DNA of 64,000 bases from Spirochaetota bacterium (GCA_918298275.1 CAKJZO010000007.1:6612-70611); one strand, 5' to 3'; shown: positions 27,342 through 38,439, numbered from the stretch's first letter. Made by a program: numbers and translations. Notes: a model not told the origin generated them from the letters alone.

Positions 27342-28573
27342 GTTCTGTAATCTCCGTTGATCTTCACGTAGTCATAAGTCAGGTCGCAGCCCCAGGCTGT
27401 GGCGCTCTGGTTTCCGCTGTTGAGGTTGATCAGGATGTCGATCTCCTTTTCCAGGAGGATTTCCTTTGCTTTCTCTTCGGAAAAATCAATTCCCGCTCCG
27501 TTCTTGCAGACGGCAATAGTTCCCTTCGCACTCTTGAAAGCCACATCGATCTTGTTTACATCGACACAGGCGCCGCTGTAGCCGATTGCACAGAGCACAC
27601 GTCCCCAGTTGGCATCTGCGCCGAACATTGCAGCCTTGAGGAGGCTTGAGCAGATGACGCTCTTGGCAACCGTCTTTGCAGTCTGTTTGTCCGCAGCTCC
27701 TTCGGTTATGCACTCCAGAAGCTTCGTGGCGCCTTCGCCGTCACCGGCAATCATCCTGCATAGACTGACCGTAATCGTATTCAGTGCCTTCATGAAAGCA
27801 TCGAAATCCGGTCCGTCCTCAGTTATCAGGCTATTGCCTGCCATTCCGTTGGCAAGAACCGTCACCATATCGTTGGTTGAGGTGTCGCCGTCCACACTTA
27901 CCATGTTGAAAGTGTTTGCGATGTCGCTGGACAGGGCTTTCTGAAGCATATTCGGGCTGATAGCAGCATCCGTGGTGATGAATACCAGCATCGTAGCCAT
28001 GTTGGGATGAATCATTCCGCTACCCTTGGCCATGCCGCCGATCGTGCACTCCGTGCCGCCGACAGAAAACTTTACTGCAACTTCCTTCCTGACTGTATCC
28101 GTGGTCATTATGCCTTCGGAAGCATTCAGGTTGCCGTCCTTCGAAAGCTCTGATACCAGAAGGGGGATGCCCTTTGCAATGGGTGTGATATCCAGCTTCT
28201 GTCCGATTACGCCGGTCGAGGCGACAACTACATCACTCGGTTTGATTCCGAGAGCCTGGCCGGTGAGCTGACACATCTGATCGGCTATCTCGATTCCGTC
28301 GGCATTGCATGTGTTGGCGTTTCCGCTGTTGCAGATGACTGCCTGGGCATAGCCGTCGCTGATGTTGCGCTTTGTGACCTCAAGAGGAGCTCCCTTGACA
28401 AGGTTGGTGGTGTAGACTGCGGCACATGCTGCCGGAACCGCGGAGAAAACCAGGGCCAGATCCCTCTTGGTCCTTGATTTGCGGATTCCGCAATGTACTC
28501 CGCTTGCCTTGAAACCTTTTGCGGCACACACACCGCCGTCGATTATCTTCAATTCAGTAGTCTTCATGTTCAT
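27338..28573 (-). CDS. argJ: Bifunctional glutamate N-acetyltransferase / amino-acid acetyltransferase
   Basis: 411 aa with the autoproteolytic site block PNMATMLVFITTDA. Confidence 0.9.
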   Translation of the reverse strand: MNMKTTELKIIDGGVCAAKGFKASGVHCGIRKSRTKRDLALVFSAVPAACAAVYTTNLVKGAPLEVTKRNISDGYAQAVICNSGNANTCNADGIEIADQMCQLTGQALGIKPSDVVVASTGVIGQKLDITPIAKGIPLLVSELSKDGNLNASEGIMTTDTVRKEVAVKFSVGGTECTIGGMAKGSGMIHPNMATMLVFITTDAAISPNMLQKALSSDIANTFNMVSVDGDTSTNDMVTVLANGMAGNSLITEDGPDFDAFMKALNTITVSLCRMIAGDGEGATKLLECITEGAADKQTAKTVAKSVICSSLLKAAMFGADANWGRVLCAIGYSGACVDVNKIDVAFKSAKGTIAVCKNGAGIDFSEEKAKEILLEKEIDILINLNSGNQSATAWGCDLTYDYVKINGDYRT

Positions 28574-29499
28574 TCTCCTATCACAAGGCCTTCGGTCTCG
28601 TCCGTACCGAGAACCAGATTCATGTTCTGGATGGCTGCGCCGGATGCGCCCTTGCCGAGGTTGTCGAAACTTGAAACAAGAAGGATTCTATCCTCGTTTC
28701 CGAATACGCTGACGGCCATGTCATCCCTTCCTGAGAAGAGGCCGGCGGAAACGAATCCGTCAGATTCTATGCCGTCCATGTATTTGACAACAGTACCCTG
28801 ATAGTACTGCTTATACAGATTTTTGATGTCATCAATGCTGCAATGAGTCATTGTTTTCATGATTGGAACAGTTACCTGCATTCCGCTGTAGTAGGGTGCC
28901 ACCACGGGGCAGAAGACGGGAGAAGTTGTCAGATTGCAGATTGCCTGCATCTCCGGAAGGTGTTTGTGGACCTGCGAAAGGCCGTACATCCTCGGCGCAT
29001 CCAGCAATGTGTCCCTGCAATCGTCCTCATACTGTGCAATCATCTTTTTCCCGCCACCGGAATAGCCGGTCAGGGAGAAGCAGGTCAGGTTCACATCCTT
29101 GTTCAGGATTCCGCATTCCACAAGCGGCGCCACCAGTGAGATGAATCCGCTGGCATGGCAGCCGGGGTTTGCAATCCGCTTGGAAACGGTGATCTCCTTT
29201 TTCCTGTTGCCGATTTCAGCAAATCCGTATGTCCAGCCTTCGGTCGTCCTGTGTGCGGTAGAAGTGTCAATGATGCAGGTGTTCTTGTTCTCCACCATTG
29301 CCACCGCTTCCTTTGCCGCTGCATCGGGAAGACAGAGAAATACGATGTCAGCGCTGTTGATGGCATCCTTTCTGGCTGAATTGTCTTTCCTCAACTCCTC
29401 GGGAAGGGTGATCAGCTTTATATCCTTGCGCAGTGACAGCCTCTCGAAGATCCTGAGTCCGGTGGTTCCGGCACTTCCGTCAATGAACACCTTGTTCAT
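28570..29499 (-). CDS. argC: N-acetyl-gamma-glutamyl-phosphate reductase (short type)
   Basis: 309 aa with active-site NPGCHASG. It has 4-nt overlaps with both argH and argJ. Confidence 0.9.
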   Translation of the reverse strand: MNKVFIDGSAGTTGLRIFERLSLRKDIKLITLPEELRKDNSARKDAINSADIVFLCLPDAAAKEAVAMVENKNTCIIDTSTAHRTTEGWTYGFAEIGNRKKEITVSKRIANPGCHASGFISLVAPLVECGILNKDVNLTCFSLTGYSGGGKKMIAQYEDDCRDTLLDAPRMYGLSQVHKHLPEMQAICNLTTSPVFCPVVAPYYSGMQVTVPIMKTMTHCSIDDIKNLYKQYYQGTVVKYMDGIESDGFVSAGLFSGRDDMAVSVFGNEDRILLVSSFDNLGKGASGAAIQNMNLVLGTDETEGLVIGE

Positions 29500-30866
29500 A
29501 GAACCTCCCTGAGAAATGCAATCTGCTTCTTTACGGATTCGATTGATGTCCCCCCTTCGGAGGAGCGCTTCTGCACGCAGTTCTTCAGGTCAATTGCCTT
29601 ATAGACATCCTCATCGATGAGGGAACTGAACTTCCTGTATTCATCAAGAGGCAGGTCTTCCAGAATATGGCCGCTCTGTATACAGTATGCGACGACCGTT
29701 CCAGAAACCTTGTAGGCATCCCTGAAAGCCATGCCTTTCAGAACAAGATAGTCTGCAAGGTCTGTGGCATTCATGAAGCCTTTCTTTGCGCTTTCCACCA
29801 TATTGTCTGCGTTAACCTTCATGCTCCTGATCATGGGAGCGAATACCTGGAGGCAGATCTTTACGGTATCGCAGGCATCGAAGACGCTCTCCTTGTCTTC
29901 CTGCATGTCCTTGTTGTATGCAAGCGGAAGACCCTTGAGTGTGGTCAGCAGGGCCATGAGGTCTCCGTATACCCGTCCGGTCTTGCCCCTGCAGAGCTCG
30001 GCCATGTCCGGGTTCTTCTTCTGCGGCATGATCGATGAGCCTGTAGTGAAATCATCCGAGAGCTCGATGAAGCCGAACTCCTGGCTTGACCATAGGATAA
30101 GCTCCTCGCTGAGGCGGCTCAGATGTGTCATGATCAGTGAGAGGGCGCTCAGAAGCTCGACGCAGAAATCCCTGTCGGAGACTCCGTCGAGGCTGTTGAG
30201 ACAGACCGAATCGAAACCCAGTTTCTGAGCTTCGAAGAGCCTGTCTGTGTCGAAAGTGGTTCCTGCCAGGGCACAGCACCCGATGGGGCTTATGTTGATT
30301 CTCCTGCGACAGTCCGCAATTCTCTGCACATCCCTTTCGAGCATCATGGCATAGGCCAGAAGATGGTGCGAAAAAAGCACCGGCTGCGCATGCTGCAGAT
30401 GGGTGTAGCCGGGCATGATGACATCAAGATTGTCTTCTGCCTTCCCGATCAGGGCACCTATGAGATCCTTCAGCAAAGCTGTAAGTTCATCGGAATAATC
30501 TCTGAGATAGAGCCTCAGATCCAGGGCGACCTGGTCGTTGCGACTTCTGGCCGTATGGAGTTTCTTGCCAGTCTCTCCGATTCTCTGAGTAAGGATCTGC
30601 TCCACGAACATGTGAATGTCCTCGGCCTTCGGGTCGATTGCCAAAGCGCCTGATTCGATGTCCTGAAGTATTCCATTTAGCGCATTAATTATGCTATCAG
30701 CCTCATCACAGGTTATTATTCCCTGTTTGGCAAGCATGGCAGCATGAGAGATGCTGCCAGTGATGTCCTGCTTGTAGAGCCTTTTGTCGAAACTGATTGA
30801 AGAGTTGAAGCTATCGGCCAGACTGTCGGTTTTTCCCGAAGTCCTTCCTGCCCACATCTTTGCCAT
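29496..30866 (-). CDS. argH: Argininosuccinate lyase
   Basis: 456 aa with the fumarate-lyase signature GSSIMPQKKNPD and the N-terminal MWAGR... Confidence 0.92.
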   Translation of the reverse strand: MAKMWAGRTSGKTDSLADSFNSSISFDKRLYKQDITGSISHAAMLAKQGIITCDEADSIINALNGILQDIESGALAIDPKAEDIHMFVEQILTQRIGETGKKLHTARSRNDQVALDLRLYLRDYSDELTALLKDLIGALIGKAEDNLDVIMPGYTHLQHAQPVLFSHHLLAYAMMLERDVQRIADCRRRINISPIGCCALAGTTFDTDRLFEAQKLGFDSVCLNSLDGVSDRDFCVELLSALSLIMTHLSRLSEELILWSSQEFGFIELSDDFTTGSSIMPQKKNPDMAELCRGKTGRVYGDLMALLTTLKGLPLAYNKDMQEDKESVFDACDTVKICLQVFAPMIRSMKVNADNMVESAKKGFMNATDLADYLVLKGMAFRDAYKVSGTVVAYCIQSGHILEDLPLDEYRKFSSLIDEDVYKAIDLKNCVQKRSSEGGTSIESVKKQIAFLREVL

Positions 30867-30876
30867 AATGATCTCC

Positions 30877-32097
30877 TCAGAGCTGGCCCTTATCCCTCAG
30901 AGCCTGAACCAGTGTCGGAAGACCCCAGAGATTGATGAAGCCTTCTGACTGCTTCTGATCATAGTCGCTTTCGCCGAAGGTGACCAGGTTCTCGGAATAG
31001 AGAGAGTAGGGAGATGTCATTCCGGCCGGGATGATGTTGCCCTTGTAGAGCTTGAGCTTCACATCACCGGTGACGTACTTGTTGGACTCGTTTGCAAAGG
31101 CTGTCAGAGCTTCCTGAAGAGGTGAGTACCATTTGCCGTTGTAGATGAGATCCGCATAGTCTACGGCAAGCTTCTGCTTCAGATGCAGGGTGTCCTTGTC
31201 CACCGTGATCATCTCAAGCTGTTCATGTGCCTTGTAGAGAATGGTTCCGCCGGGAGTCTCGTAGACGCCCCTGTCCTTCATTCCGATAAGTCTGTTCTCG
31301 ACGATATCGATGATTCCGATACCGTTCTCACCACCGATCTTGTTCAGCTTCTCGATGATCTTGGAAGCCTTCATCTTCTCTCCGTCGATTGCTACCGGGG
31401 CACCGGCTTCGAAGCTGATTGTGACATAGGTCGGCTTGTCCGGAGCCATTGCGGGGGAGACTCCCATCTCCAGGAAGCCAGGCTTGTCCAGATTCGGCTC
31501 GTTTGCCGGATCCTCGAGATCCAGACCTTCGTGACTAAGGTGCCAGAGGTTCTTGTCCTTGGAATAGTTTGTTTCCCTTGAGATCTTGAGAGGAACATTG
31601 TGGGCTTCAGCATAGTCGATCTCTTCTTCCCTGGACTTGATGGACCATTCCCTCCACGGGGCGATGATCTTCATTCCGGGTGCGAAGCGCTTGATGGCAA
31701 GCTCGAATCTGACCTGGTCGTTGCCCTTTCCGGTGCAGCCGTGGGCAATTGCATCGGCACCCTCCGCCAATGCAATCTGTGCAAGCTTCTTTCCGATGAC
31801 CGGCCTTGCGAAGGCTGTTCCGAGAAGATAGGTCTCGTACTTTGCGTCCATCTTGAGGGCGGGGATGATGATGTCATCGACCATCTCGTCGACAAGGTCC
31901 GCAACGATGAGCTTGGAGGCACCGGTCTTGATTGCCTTTGCCTCAAGCCCCTCCAGTTCATCGGCCTGACCGACGTTTCCTGCTACTGCGATGATTTCCG
32001 GATTATTGTAGTTCTCCTTGAGCCAGGGGATGATGATGGAGGTATCAAGACCTCCCGAGTATGCCAGAACAACTTTCTTTATTTCTTTCTTTGCCAT
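30877..32097 (-). CDS. argG: Argininosuccinate synthase
   Basis: 406 aa with the motifs [12 protein letters not shown] and [15 protein letters not shown]. Confidence 0.95.
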   Translation of the reverse strand: MAKKEIKKVVLAYSGGLDTSIIIPWLKENYNNPEIIAVAGNVGQADELEGLEAKAIKTGASKLIVADLVDEMVDDIIIPALKMDAKYETYLLGTAFARPVIGKKLAQIALAEGADAIAHGCTGKGNDQVRFELAIKRFAPGMKIIAPWREWSIKSREEEIDYAEAHNVPLKISRETNYSKDKNLWHLSHEGLDLEDPANEPNLDKPGFLEMGVSPAMAPDKPTYVTISFEAGAPVAIDGEKMKASKIIEKLNKIGGENGIGIIDIVENRLIGMKDRGVYETPGGTILYKAHEQLEMITVDKDTLHLKQKLAVDYADLIYNGKWYSPLQEALTAFANESNKYVTGDVKLKLYKGNIIPAGMTSPYSLYSENLVTFGESDYDQKQSEGFINLWGLPTLVQALRDKGQL

Positions 32098-32220
32098 TTT
32101 AAATTCTCCTTTGTTGATTTCGGTAAGAATTAGTCCGTCGGGAGATTGCTTTGAAGCAAGGCGACATACCTTTCTGGTAGGCGCCGAAGCAAAAAGCGAT
32201 AATCCCGAATGGAATTATTC

Positions 32221-33225
32221 TTACAATGTTGCGGCCATGACTGCCTTGATGGTGTGCATGCGGTTTTCTGCTTCATCGAAAACGGCTGACTGCGGGCTGT
32301 TGAACACCTCGTCCGTTACCTCCATGCAGTCGAGGCCGAACTTGTCGTAGATGTCCTTTCCGATTGTGGTATTCAGATCATGGAAGGAGGGCAGGCAGTG
32401 CATGAAGATGCATCCGGGTCCTGCGTTTTCCATGATGTCGCTGGTGACGCGGTAGGGGAGCAGATCTTTGATTCTCTGCTCCCACACCTCACTCGGTTCA
32501 CCCATCGAGACCCACACGTCGGTGTAGATCACATCGGCATCCTTTGTTGCCTTGATGGGGTCTGATTCGAACTGGAGAACCGCTCCGGTCTTCTTTGCAA
32601 TTTTCTGACAATGGTCAATCAGCTCCTGTGACGGGAAGTACTCTTTCGGGGCGCATGCGGTGAATTTCATGCCCATCTTGGCACAACCGACCATCAGGGA
32701 ATTGCCCATGTTGTATCTGGCATCTCCCATGTAGACCATCTTCTTGTCCGAAAGACTCCCGAAATGCTCCTTGATCGTCAGAAGGTCGGCCAGAATCTGG
32801 GTCGGGTGGAATTCGTTGGTAAGTCCGTTCCATACGGGAACACCGGCGTACTTGGCAAGTGTTTCAACCAATTCCTGTCCGTAGCCTCTGTATTCGATTC
32901 CGTCGAACATCCTTCCGAGGACCTTTGCGGTATCCTCGATGCTTTCCTTCTTGCCCATCTGGGAGCCGGAGGGATCGAGATAGACTGCATTCATGCCCAG
33001 ATCGGCAGCCGCAACCTCGAAGGCACAACGTGTACGGGTGCTGGTTTTCTCGAAAAGAATGGCGACGTTCTTGCCCTCATGAATCTTGTGCGCAATACCC
33101 GATTTCTTCTCTGCCTTGAGCTGTGCAGACAGATCGAGCAGGTACTGGATATCCTCGGTCGTGAAATCCAGGAGCTTCAGAAAGCTCTTTCCCCTGAACT
33201 TGCTGCATAGGCTGTTCTTGTCCAT
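32221..33225 (-). CDS. argF: Ornithine carbamoyltransferase
   Basis: ATG at 33225 is preceded by GGAGGG. It has the STRTR, HPTQ and HCLP motifs. The 39-codon N-terminal extension in the track ORF is AT-rich promoter DNA. Confidence 0.88.
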   Translation of the reverse strand: MDKNSLCSKFRGKSFLKLLDFTTEDIQYLLDLSAQLKAEKKSGIAHKIHEGKNVAILFEKTSTRTRCAFEVAAADLGMNAVYLDPSGSQMGKKESIEDTAKVLGRMFDGIEYRGYGQELVETLAKYAGVPVWNGLTNEFHPTQILADLLTIKEHFGSLSDKKMVYMGDARYNMGNSLMVGCAKMGMKFTACAPKEYFPSQELIDHCQKIAKKTGAVLQFESDPIKATKDADVIYTDVWVSMGEPSEVWEQRIKDLLPYRVTSDIMENAGPGCIFMHCLPSFHDLNTTIGKDIYDKFGLDCMEVTDEVFNSPQSAVFDEAENRMHTIKAVMAATL

Positions 33226-33248
33226 ATAATCCCTCCAATGATAGGATA

Positions 33249-33335
33249 TGCATAAAATATTCCTTTGAAAGGATTGAGTCAATATAAAAATATAAGGAAT
33301 ATGCATAAAACCGCATAAAAGTGCATAAAAATGTA
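33249..33335 (-). promoter_or_regulatory. ARG-box-like operator region upstream of argF
   Basis: There are four GCATAAAA copies; three are exact consecutive decamers NNGCATAAAA at 33301-33330. TGCATAAAAATGTA (33322-33335) matches 11 of 14 positions of the E. coli ARG-box core TGAATAAAAATTCA. A palindrome, TCCTTTgAAAGGA, lies at 33261-33273. Confidence 0.4.
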
Positions 33336-33398
33336 TTAACAACCCTCGAAGGTCATAACATGATGGTTTTTTGCCCTGATATGGAGTAAAATAAAACC

Positions 33399-34244
33399 AT
33401 GTTTGACAAAAATAAAATCAAGGTTATCACGCTGGATTTCGATGGTACGATCCTTCAGAGTGACAAGACCTGGCTCAGCCCCAGAAACTATCATGCCCTG
33501 AAGGAATGCCAGAAGAAGGGAATATATTGTGTTCCGTGTACGGGAAGAAGCGCCGACATGTTTCCTCCCCAGTTCGAGGACGGATCTTTCCGATACTGGT
33601 TCACCTGTTTCGGCTCGAGGATAATCGACACCCTTACCGGTGAGATCATCCACAAGCATTCATTCACGCCCGAGCAGAGCGCAGAGGTCTGCCGCCTCTT
33701 TGAAGGCAAGGGCATCTACTGTGAGGTTGCCGCGGAAGGCAAGCTTCTGTTCGAGAAGGAGGTCATGGACAACCTTTACAAGTATCCGGTTCCGCCGCAC
33801 CACGTCTGGTACATGTATGCCTCAAAGCGTCCGGTGACCGTCTACGGCAAGCTTTCCGATTACTTTATTTCCCAAAACATCGGAGCCGAGAAGTTCAATC
33901 TCTACGGCATTCCCGAAGAGGACTTCGAGCCCATGCTCGAGGAGTGCAAAAAGTTCGATTTCGCAGGCATCTCCCTCTCGGATCCGAAGGGAATACAGAT
34001 ATCCGATGATCCCAAGCTCAGGGTCCCGTCCATGGAAATCCTTCTGGACAGGCTCGGATGCACATGGGAGAACGTCATGAGCATAGGTGACGGCATGGCG
34101 CTGGACAGCCTGATGATCCGCAAGGCAGCCTTCGGTGTAACGCTGGAGAATGCTTCGGATGAGCTCAAGGCCATTGCAGACTACGTGACCGACCGCTATG
34201 ACCGTGACGGCTTTGCCAAGGTAGTGGAGAAGTTCATCCTGTAA
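33399..34244 (+). CDS. Cof-type HAD-IIB phosphatase
   Basis: 281 aa with motif I LDFDGT and the later [10 protein letters not shown] motif. Confidence 0.8.
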   Translation: MFDKNKIKVITLDFDGTILQSDKTWLSPRNYHALKECQKKGIYCVPCTGRSADMFPPQFEDGSFRYWFTCFGSRIIDTLTGEIIHKHSFTPEQSAEVCRLFEGKGIYCEVAAEGKLLFEKEVMDNLYKYPVPPHHVWYMYASKRPVTVYGKLSDYFISQNIGAEKFNLYGIPEEDFEPMLEECKKFDFAGISLSDPKGIQISDDPKLRVPSMEILLDRLGCTWENVMSIGDGMALDSLMIRKAAFGVTLENASDELKAIADYVTDRYDRDGFAKVVEKFIL

Positions 34245-35512
34245 TGAACGAAAACGAGACTCGAAGACTATACGATTTCTACTTGGATGAACTCAGGAAC
34301 AACATCCTGAGATTCTGGCTTCCGCGATGCGAGGACACTCAGTTCGGCGGTTATCTCAACTGTTTTGACAACAGGGGCACAAAGCTGGTCAGCCACGACA
34401 AGTACACCTGGAGCCAGGGCCGCTTCCTATGGATGTTCTCCAAGCTGGCTATGACCAAAGCCCCGCTGTTCACCGAAGAAGAGAGAAACAGATTCCTGGA
34501 CCTTGCCGAAACGGGCTACCAATTTCTCAAAGAACATTGCCTGATTTCCAAGGACGACTGGCGCTGCGTGTTCCTTACCGAGCGCGACGGAACGCCCAAA
34601 AGGGTGGGCAACTACGATACCCTGGACATGAGCATCTATGCCGACTGCTTCGTAGTCATCGGCATGGCGGCATATTCGATTGCCTCCGGCAACCCGGAGG
34701 CATACGACTTTGCAAAAAAGCTCTATAACTCAATCAAGGACCGCATAGACCGGAATGAATTCAATACCCTGCCGTATCCGCTTGATGGTGCCTACCGCGC
34801 CCACGGCATCCCCATGATCCTCACAAACGTGGCAAAGGAGCTCTACGAGGCTGCCCTGGTTCATGACAAGGCTTCATGCCCCGGACTTCTCTTCGACATG
34901 GACAGGACCGCAACCGATGTGGTTACTCACTTCATGGACAGAAACCACATCATCCACGAGGTCATCACCAAGGACGATGCCGCTGTGCCCGGGCTTCTGG
35001 GCCAGCATGCCAACCCCGGCCATTCGATTGAGGATTCATGGTTCATTTATGATGCAGCCAAACTTCTGAACAAGAGTGATTTGGCAAAAACGGCAGCCCA
35101 GATCATGAAGAAGAGCTTCGAAATCGGCTGGGATGAGCAATTCGGGGGCATTCTTCACTTTGTGAATCTTGACGGGGAGAAGCTTGAATTCAACTCGGAG
35201 AGTAATGAGCCTACAGTCACCCTTGTCAAAGGCGGCTGGGGGGACAAGCTCTGGTGGGTGCACTCCGAGACCCTCTATGCTTCGTTGCTCTTTTACAAGA
35301 TCACAAAGGATGAAGAATACCTGAGAATCCATGACAAAACCTTCGCCTATGTCTTCAACCATTTCAAAAACCCCGATGCAAGCATAGGCGAGTGGATCCA
35401 GATTCTGACCCGCGAAGGCCTGCCGCAGGACAAGGTGGTCGCCCTCCCGGTAAAGGATCCCTTCCACATCACACGCAACCTGCTTCTGATCTGCGAACTG
35501 CTGTCCAAATAG
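34244..35512 (+). CDS. N-acylglucosamine 2-epimerase (AGE) superfamily protein
   Basis: 422 aa alpha/alpha-barrel family protein (FWLPRCEDTQFGGYLNCFD, GHSIEDSWF, WWVHSE). Its start overlaps the HAD stop (TAATG). Confidence 0.75.
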   Translation: MNENETRRLYDFYLDELRNNILRFWLPRCEDTQFGGYLNCFDNRGTKLVSHDKYTWSQGRFLWMFSKLAMTKAPLFTEEERNRFLDLAETGYQFLKEHCLISKDDWRCVFLTERDGTPKRVGNYDTLDMSIYADCFVVIGMAAYSIASGNPEAYDFAKKLYNSIKDRIDRNEFNTLPYPLDGAYRAHGIPMILTNVAKELYEAALVHDKASCPGLLFDMDRTATDVVTHFMDRNHIIHEVITKDDAAVPGLLGQHANPGHSIEDSWFIYDAAKLLNKSDLAKTAAQIMKKSFEIGWDEQFGGILHFVNLDGEKLEFNSESNEPTVTLVKGGWGDKLWWVHSETLYASLLFYKITKDEEYLRIHDKTFAYVFNHFKNPDASIGEWIQILTREGLPQDKVVALPVKDPFHITRNLLLICELLSK

Positions 35513-35527
35513 ATTGATAACGATTAC

Positions 35528-35563
35528 AAAAAACCGGCACCCGTATGGATGCCGGTTTTATTT
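35528..35563. terminator. Bidirectional terminator between convergent genes
   Basis: AAAAACCGGCA...TGCCGGTTTTATTT: an A-tract and a T-tract flank the stem. Confidence 0.65.
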
Positions 35564-35578
35564 GTCTTGACGATTGGA

Positions 35579-37321
35579 TCACATCTTCATGGAAGATGAG
35601 AGGTCCGTGCCCTTTCTGGTGTTCATCGTGTAGATGATTGCAAAGACAACCACCAAGAGGACCGTGGACAGTGCGCTTGCCTTTCCGAGTTCACCGGAGT
35701 TGACTGCGTTGAAGATCTGAATCGGGACTGTCTTTGTCTTGACGCCGCACAGCAGGATGGTGGTACTGAGCTCCTGCAGAAGTGTGGTCAGAGTCATGAC
35801 GGAACCTGAGATGATTGCCGGCATGATGAGAGGAACACTTACTCGTCGGAAGGTGTAGAACCAGGTTGCACCGCTTATGGTACTTGCTTCCTCCAGCGAC
35901 GGGTTAAGCTGCGTGAGGTTGGCTGCAACCGAACGGTAGACATACGGGGTTCTTCTGATCATGTAGGAGATGATCAGGATGATGTATGTTCCGGTCAGCT
36001 TCATGATTCCGTTTCCGCCGAATGCAGAGAGCAGTGCAATCGAGACGACGGTACCGGGCAGGATGAACGGGGCCATGATGGACAGGTCCAGAAGAGCAGC
36101 TCCCTTGGGCTTCTTTCTTTCGGTGATGTATGCGAGAACCGATCCGAAGATGGCACACATCAGGGTCGCAGTGATGGAGAGGAAGAAGGAGTTGAACATC
36201 TCGTGTCTGGAGTTCTTCCAGATTCCGCCGTAGTTTGCCCAAGTAAAACCTGTGGGCAGAAGTCCGTCCCATCTGGTGAAGAAGCTCATGATGATGATTG
36301 TCAGCTGCGGCAGCAGCGAGAAGATTAGGATGATGAGGCAGAAGACAATTGCGAAGATTCTAGCTCCGACGCTCTCGTGCAGCTTGGCATCGGTATGTGT
36401 GGAGGAGATTGTCTCGTATTCATGCCTTGAGACGACATACTTCTGGACGTAGAGGACAAGACCGGTGATCAGAACGTTGATGACTGCAATCGAGGATGCC
36501 AGGTTGATGTCTCCGGCTCCGCCGTATGCGAACTTGATCAACGTGGGAAGCACGTAGTTGTTGGCTCCGATTCCTATGACGGCAGGGATTCCGTAGTTTC
36601 CGATTGCCCTGACGAAGACAAGAAGGGCTGCAGCGCCGAGAGAAGGAATGATCAGCGGCAGTGTGATTGTCCTCATGATCCTTGCCTTGCCTGCGCCCAT
36701 GAGCATTGCAGATTCCTCAAGAAGAGCATTGGCACCGCTGAATGCTCCGTATGCCATCTGGAAGACGAACGGATAGTAGGTGAGTGTCATACAGAGGATC
36801 ATTCCGAACATGCCGTAGATGCTCGGAAGAGTCACTCCGAACGGCTTTAGGATGAAGTTCAGCGCGGTTCTGACAATTCCCTTGTTTCCCAGAAGGATGA
36901 CCCAGGTATAGGCTCCTACGAACGACGGCATGATGATGGGCAGGATTCCGAGCGATACCAGAAGTTTCTTTCCCGGAATCTTTACGCGGGCTACACAATA
37001 GCCCATCGGAACGCCAATCAGTATGCACAGCACCGTGACGGAAAGGCTGACTACGATGGAGTTTCGCAGAGCCTTCAGGTAGATTCTTGTTCCGAAGAAT
37101 GTCCTGAAGCTCTCAAGAGACCATCCCGTGAATTCGAAATCATACTCAGCAGGTGCCCAGAAGGCCCTTATGAGCGTGATGGCCATAGGGTAGAGCAGGA
37201 AGATGGCAATGAAGATCATGGGAATCGCAAAGATAATCAATTGCGAAAAATCCTTTTGGAAGAACCTCTTCAGCTTGCTGGTTTCTGCTCCATTTTCAAT
37301 CATGGAGTATTTTCTGCTCAT
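35579..37321 (-). CDS. ABC transporter permease, fused double-domain (FbpB/ThiP-like)
   Basis: 580 aa with two tandem six-TM halves, as in Fe3+/thiamine-type importers. Confidence 0.8.
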   Translation of the reverse strand: MSRKYSMIENGAETSKLKRFFQKDFSQLIIFAIPMIFIAIFLLYPMAITLIRAFWAPAEYDFEFTGWSLESFRTFFGTRIYLKALRNSIVVSLSVTVLCILIGVPMGYCVARVKIPGKKLLVSLGILPIIMPSFVGAYTWVILLGNKGIVRTALNFILKPFGVTLPSIYGMFGMILCMTLTYYPFVFQMAYGAFSGANALLEESAMLMGAGKARIMRTITLPLIIPSLGAAALLVFVRAIGNYGIPAVIGIGANNYVLPTLIKFAYGGAGDINLASSIAVINVLITGLVLYVQKYVVSRHEYETISSTHTDAKLHESVGARIFAIVFCLIILIFSLLPQLTIIIMSFFTRWDGLLPTGFTWANYGGIWKNSRHEMFNSFFLSITATLMCAIFGSVLAYITERKKPKGAALLDLSIMAPFILPGTVVSIALLSAFGGNGIMKLTGTYIILIISYMIRRTPYVYRSVAANLTQLNPSLEEASTISGATWFYTFRRVSVPLIMPAIISGSVMTLTTLLQELSTTILLCGVKTKTVPIQIFNAVNSGELGKASALSTVLLVVVFAIIYTMNTRKGTDLSSSMKM

Positions 37322-38439
37322 ACTTCTCTTCCCTCCGGTGAGAACAAAGCGATTCTGCTTTCATCGAATGACACGTTCACAGTGTCGCCTTCGTGAATTC
37401 CGGGCTGCAGGCTGTCCATATCGATTTCAAGTGTGACAGGGGAGATTTCCCTGCTGATTTCGACTTCGTAGCGGATGAACGAGCCGAGGTGCTGGATGAT
37501 TCTGACCGTACCGGGCAGCGACTTTTCCGTTGCCGTGGCAGATACTGACAGATACTCGGGTCTGCCTCCGATGAGGACCATGTCACCGACCTGCGGCTCG
37601 ACATGGCGCTTCTCTGCCCTGATGGCCACCCTGATACCGGTGGTATCGATCTGTGCTACCGTTTCATCGGCATCTGTGGAGATTACGGTGGCGTTGAAGA
37701 AGTTCATCTTTCCGATGAAGTTCGCAACGAATGCGTTTCTGGGCTGGTTGTAGAGTTCGTCGGAGGTTCCGATCTGCTCTACGACGCCCTTTCTGAGGAC
37801 CGCAAGTCTGTCACCGACTGCCATTGCCTCTTCCTGGTCGTGCGTGACGAAGATGGTTGTGATGTTGGTGGCTTTCTGGATTCTGCGGATTTCGGCTCTC
37901 ATGTAGCGGCGAAGCTTTGCATCGAGGTTGGCCAGCGGCTCGTCCAGAAGCAGTACGTCCGGGTCATAGACCAGTGCGCGGGCGATTGCGACTCTCTGCT
38001 GCTGTCCGCCCGAGAGGGCCGTGGGGCTCGGGTTTCTCTTGAGCTCTTCCTGAAGGCCTACGAGTTCCATTACATCATTGACTTTCTTTGTGACGATGTC
38101 GTTGGGAACCTTTCTGACCCTGAGACCGTAAGCAACATTCTCGAAGATGGACATGTGGGGATAGAGGGCATAGCTCTGGAAGACCATTCCGATGTTTCTC
38201 TTGTACGGGGGAATGGTCGAGATGTCCACGTCACCGTAATACATCTTTCCGGATGTGATGGTATCGAGACCTGCCGTATTTCTGAGCAGCGTGGTCTTTC
38301 CGCAGCCGGAAGGTCCCAGAAGGCAGAACAGCTCGCCTTCATTGATCGTAAATGAAATGTCCTTGAGGGCATGTACCTCATTTTTGGTTCCAAGCCCGAA
38401 AATCTTGTTTACATTCTCATATCTAACATTCTTGCTCAT
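37318..38439 (-). CDS. ABC transporter ATP-binding protein (PotA/FbpC type)
   Basis: 373 aa with Walker A GPSGCGKTT, signature LSGGQQQR and Walker B LLLDEP, plus a C-terminal regulatory/TOBE-like domain. Confidence 0.9.
   Translation of the reverse strand: MSKNVRYENVNKIFGLGTKNEVHALKDISFTINEGELFCLLGPSGCGKTTLLRNTAGLDTITSGKMYYGDVDISTIPPYKRNIGMVFQSYALYPHMSIFENVAYGLRVRKVPNDIVTKKVNDVMELVGLQEELKRNPSPTALSGGQQQRVAIARALVYDPDVLLLDEPLANLDAKLRRYMRAEIRRIQKATNITTIFVTHDQEEAMAVGDRLAVLRKGVVEQIGTSDELYNQPRNAFVANFIGKMNFFNATVISTDADETVAQIDTTGIRVAIRAEKRHVEPQVGDMVLIGGRPEYLSVSATATEKSLPGTVRIIQHLGSFIRYEVEISREISPVTLEIDMDSLQPGIHEGDTVNVSFDESRIALFSPEGREV

Noticed and set aside
26457-27350. A 297-aa ORF on the plus strand, antisense to argB. 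Similar long antisense ORFs occur at 1884..2813, 7378..8112, 9864..10589, 37603..38355, 40632..41519, 58023..58766, 59109..59789, 60461..61474, 61905..62606 and 62733..63350.
   Set aside because: Each lies entirely inside a well-supported gene on the other strand. Their compositions are biased (Arg/Gly/His/Cys-rich), they have no recognisable motifs and no ribosome-binding sites. They are typical shadow ORFs of GC-richer coding regions.
32098-32220. The 123-bp argF-argG spacer, as a possible internal promoter or attenuator.
   Set aside because: Only a weak 6-bp hairpin (TTGCTT-CA-AAGCAA) is present, and no convincing -35/-10 pair or terminator. There is not enough evidence for a call.
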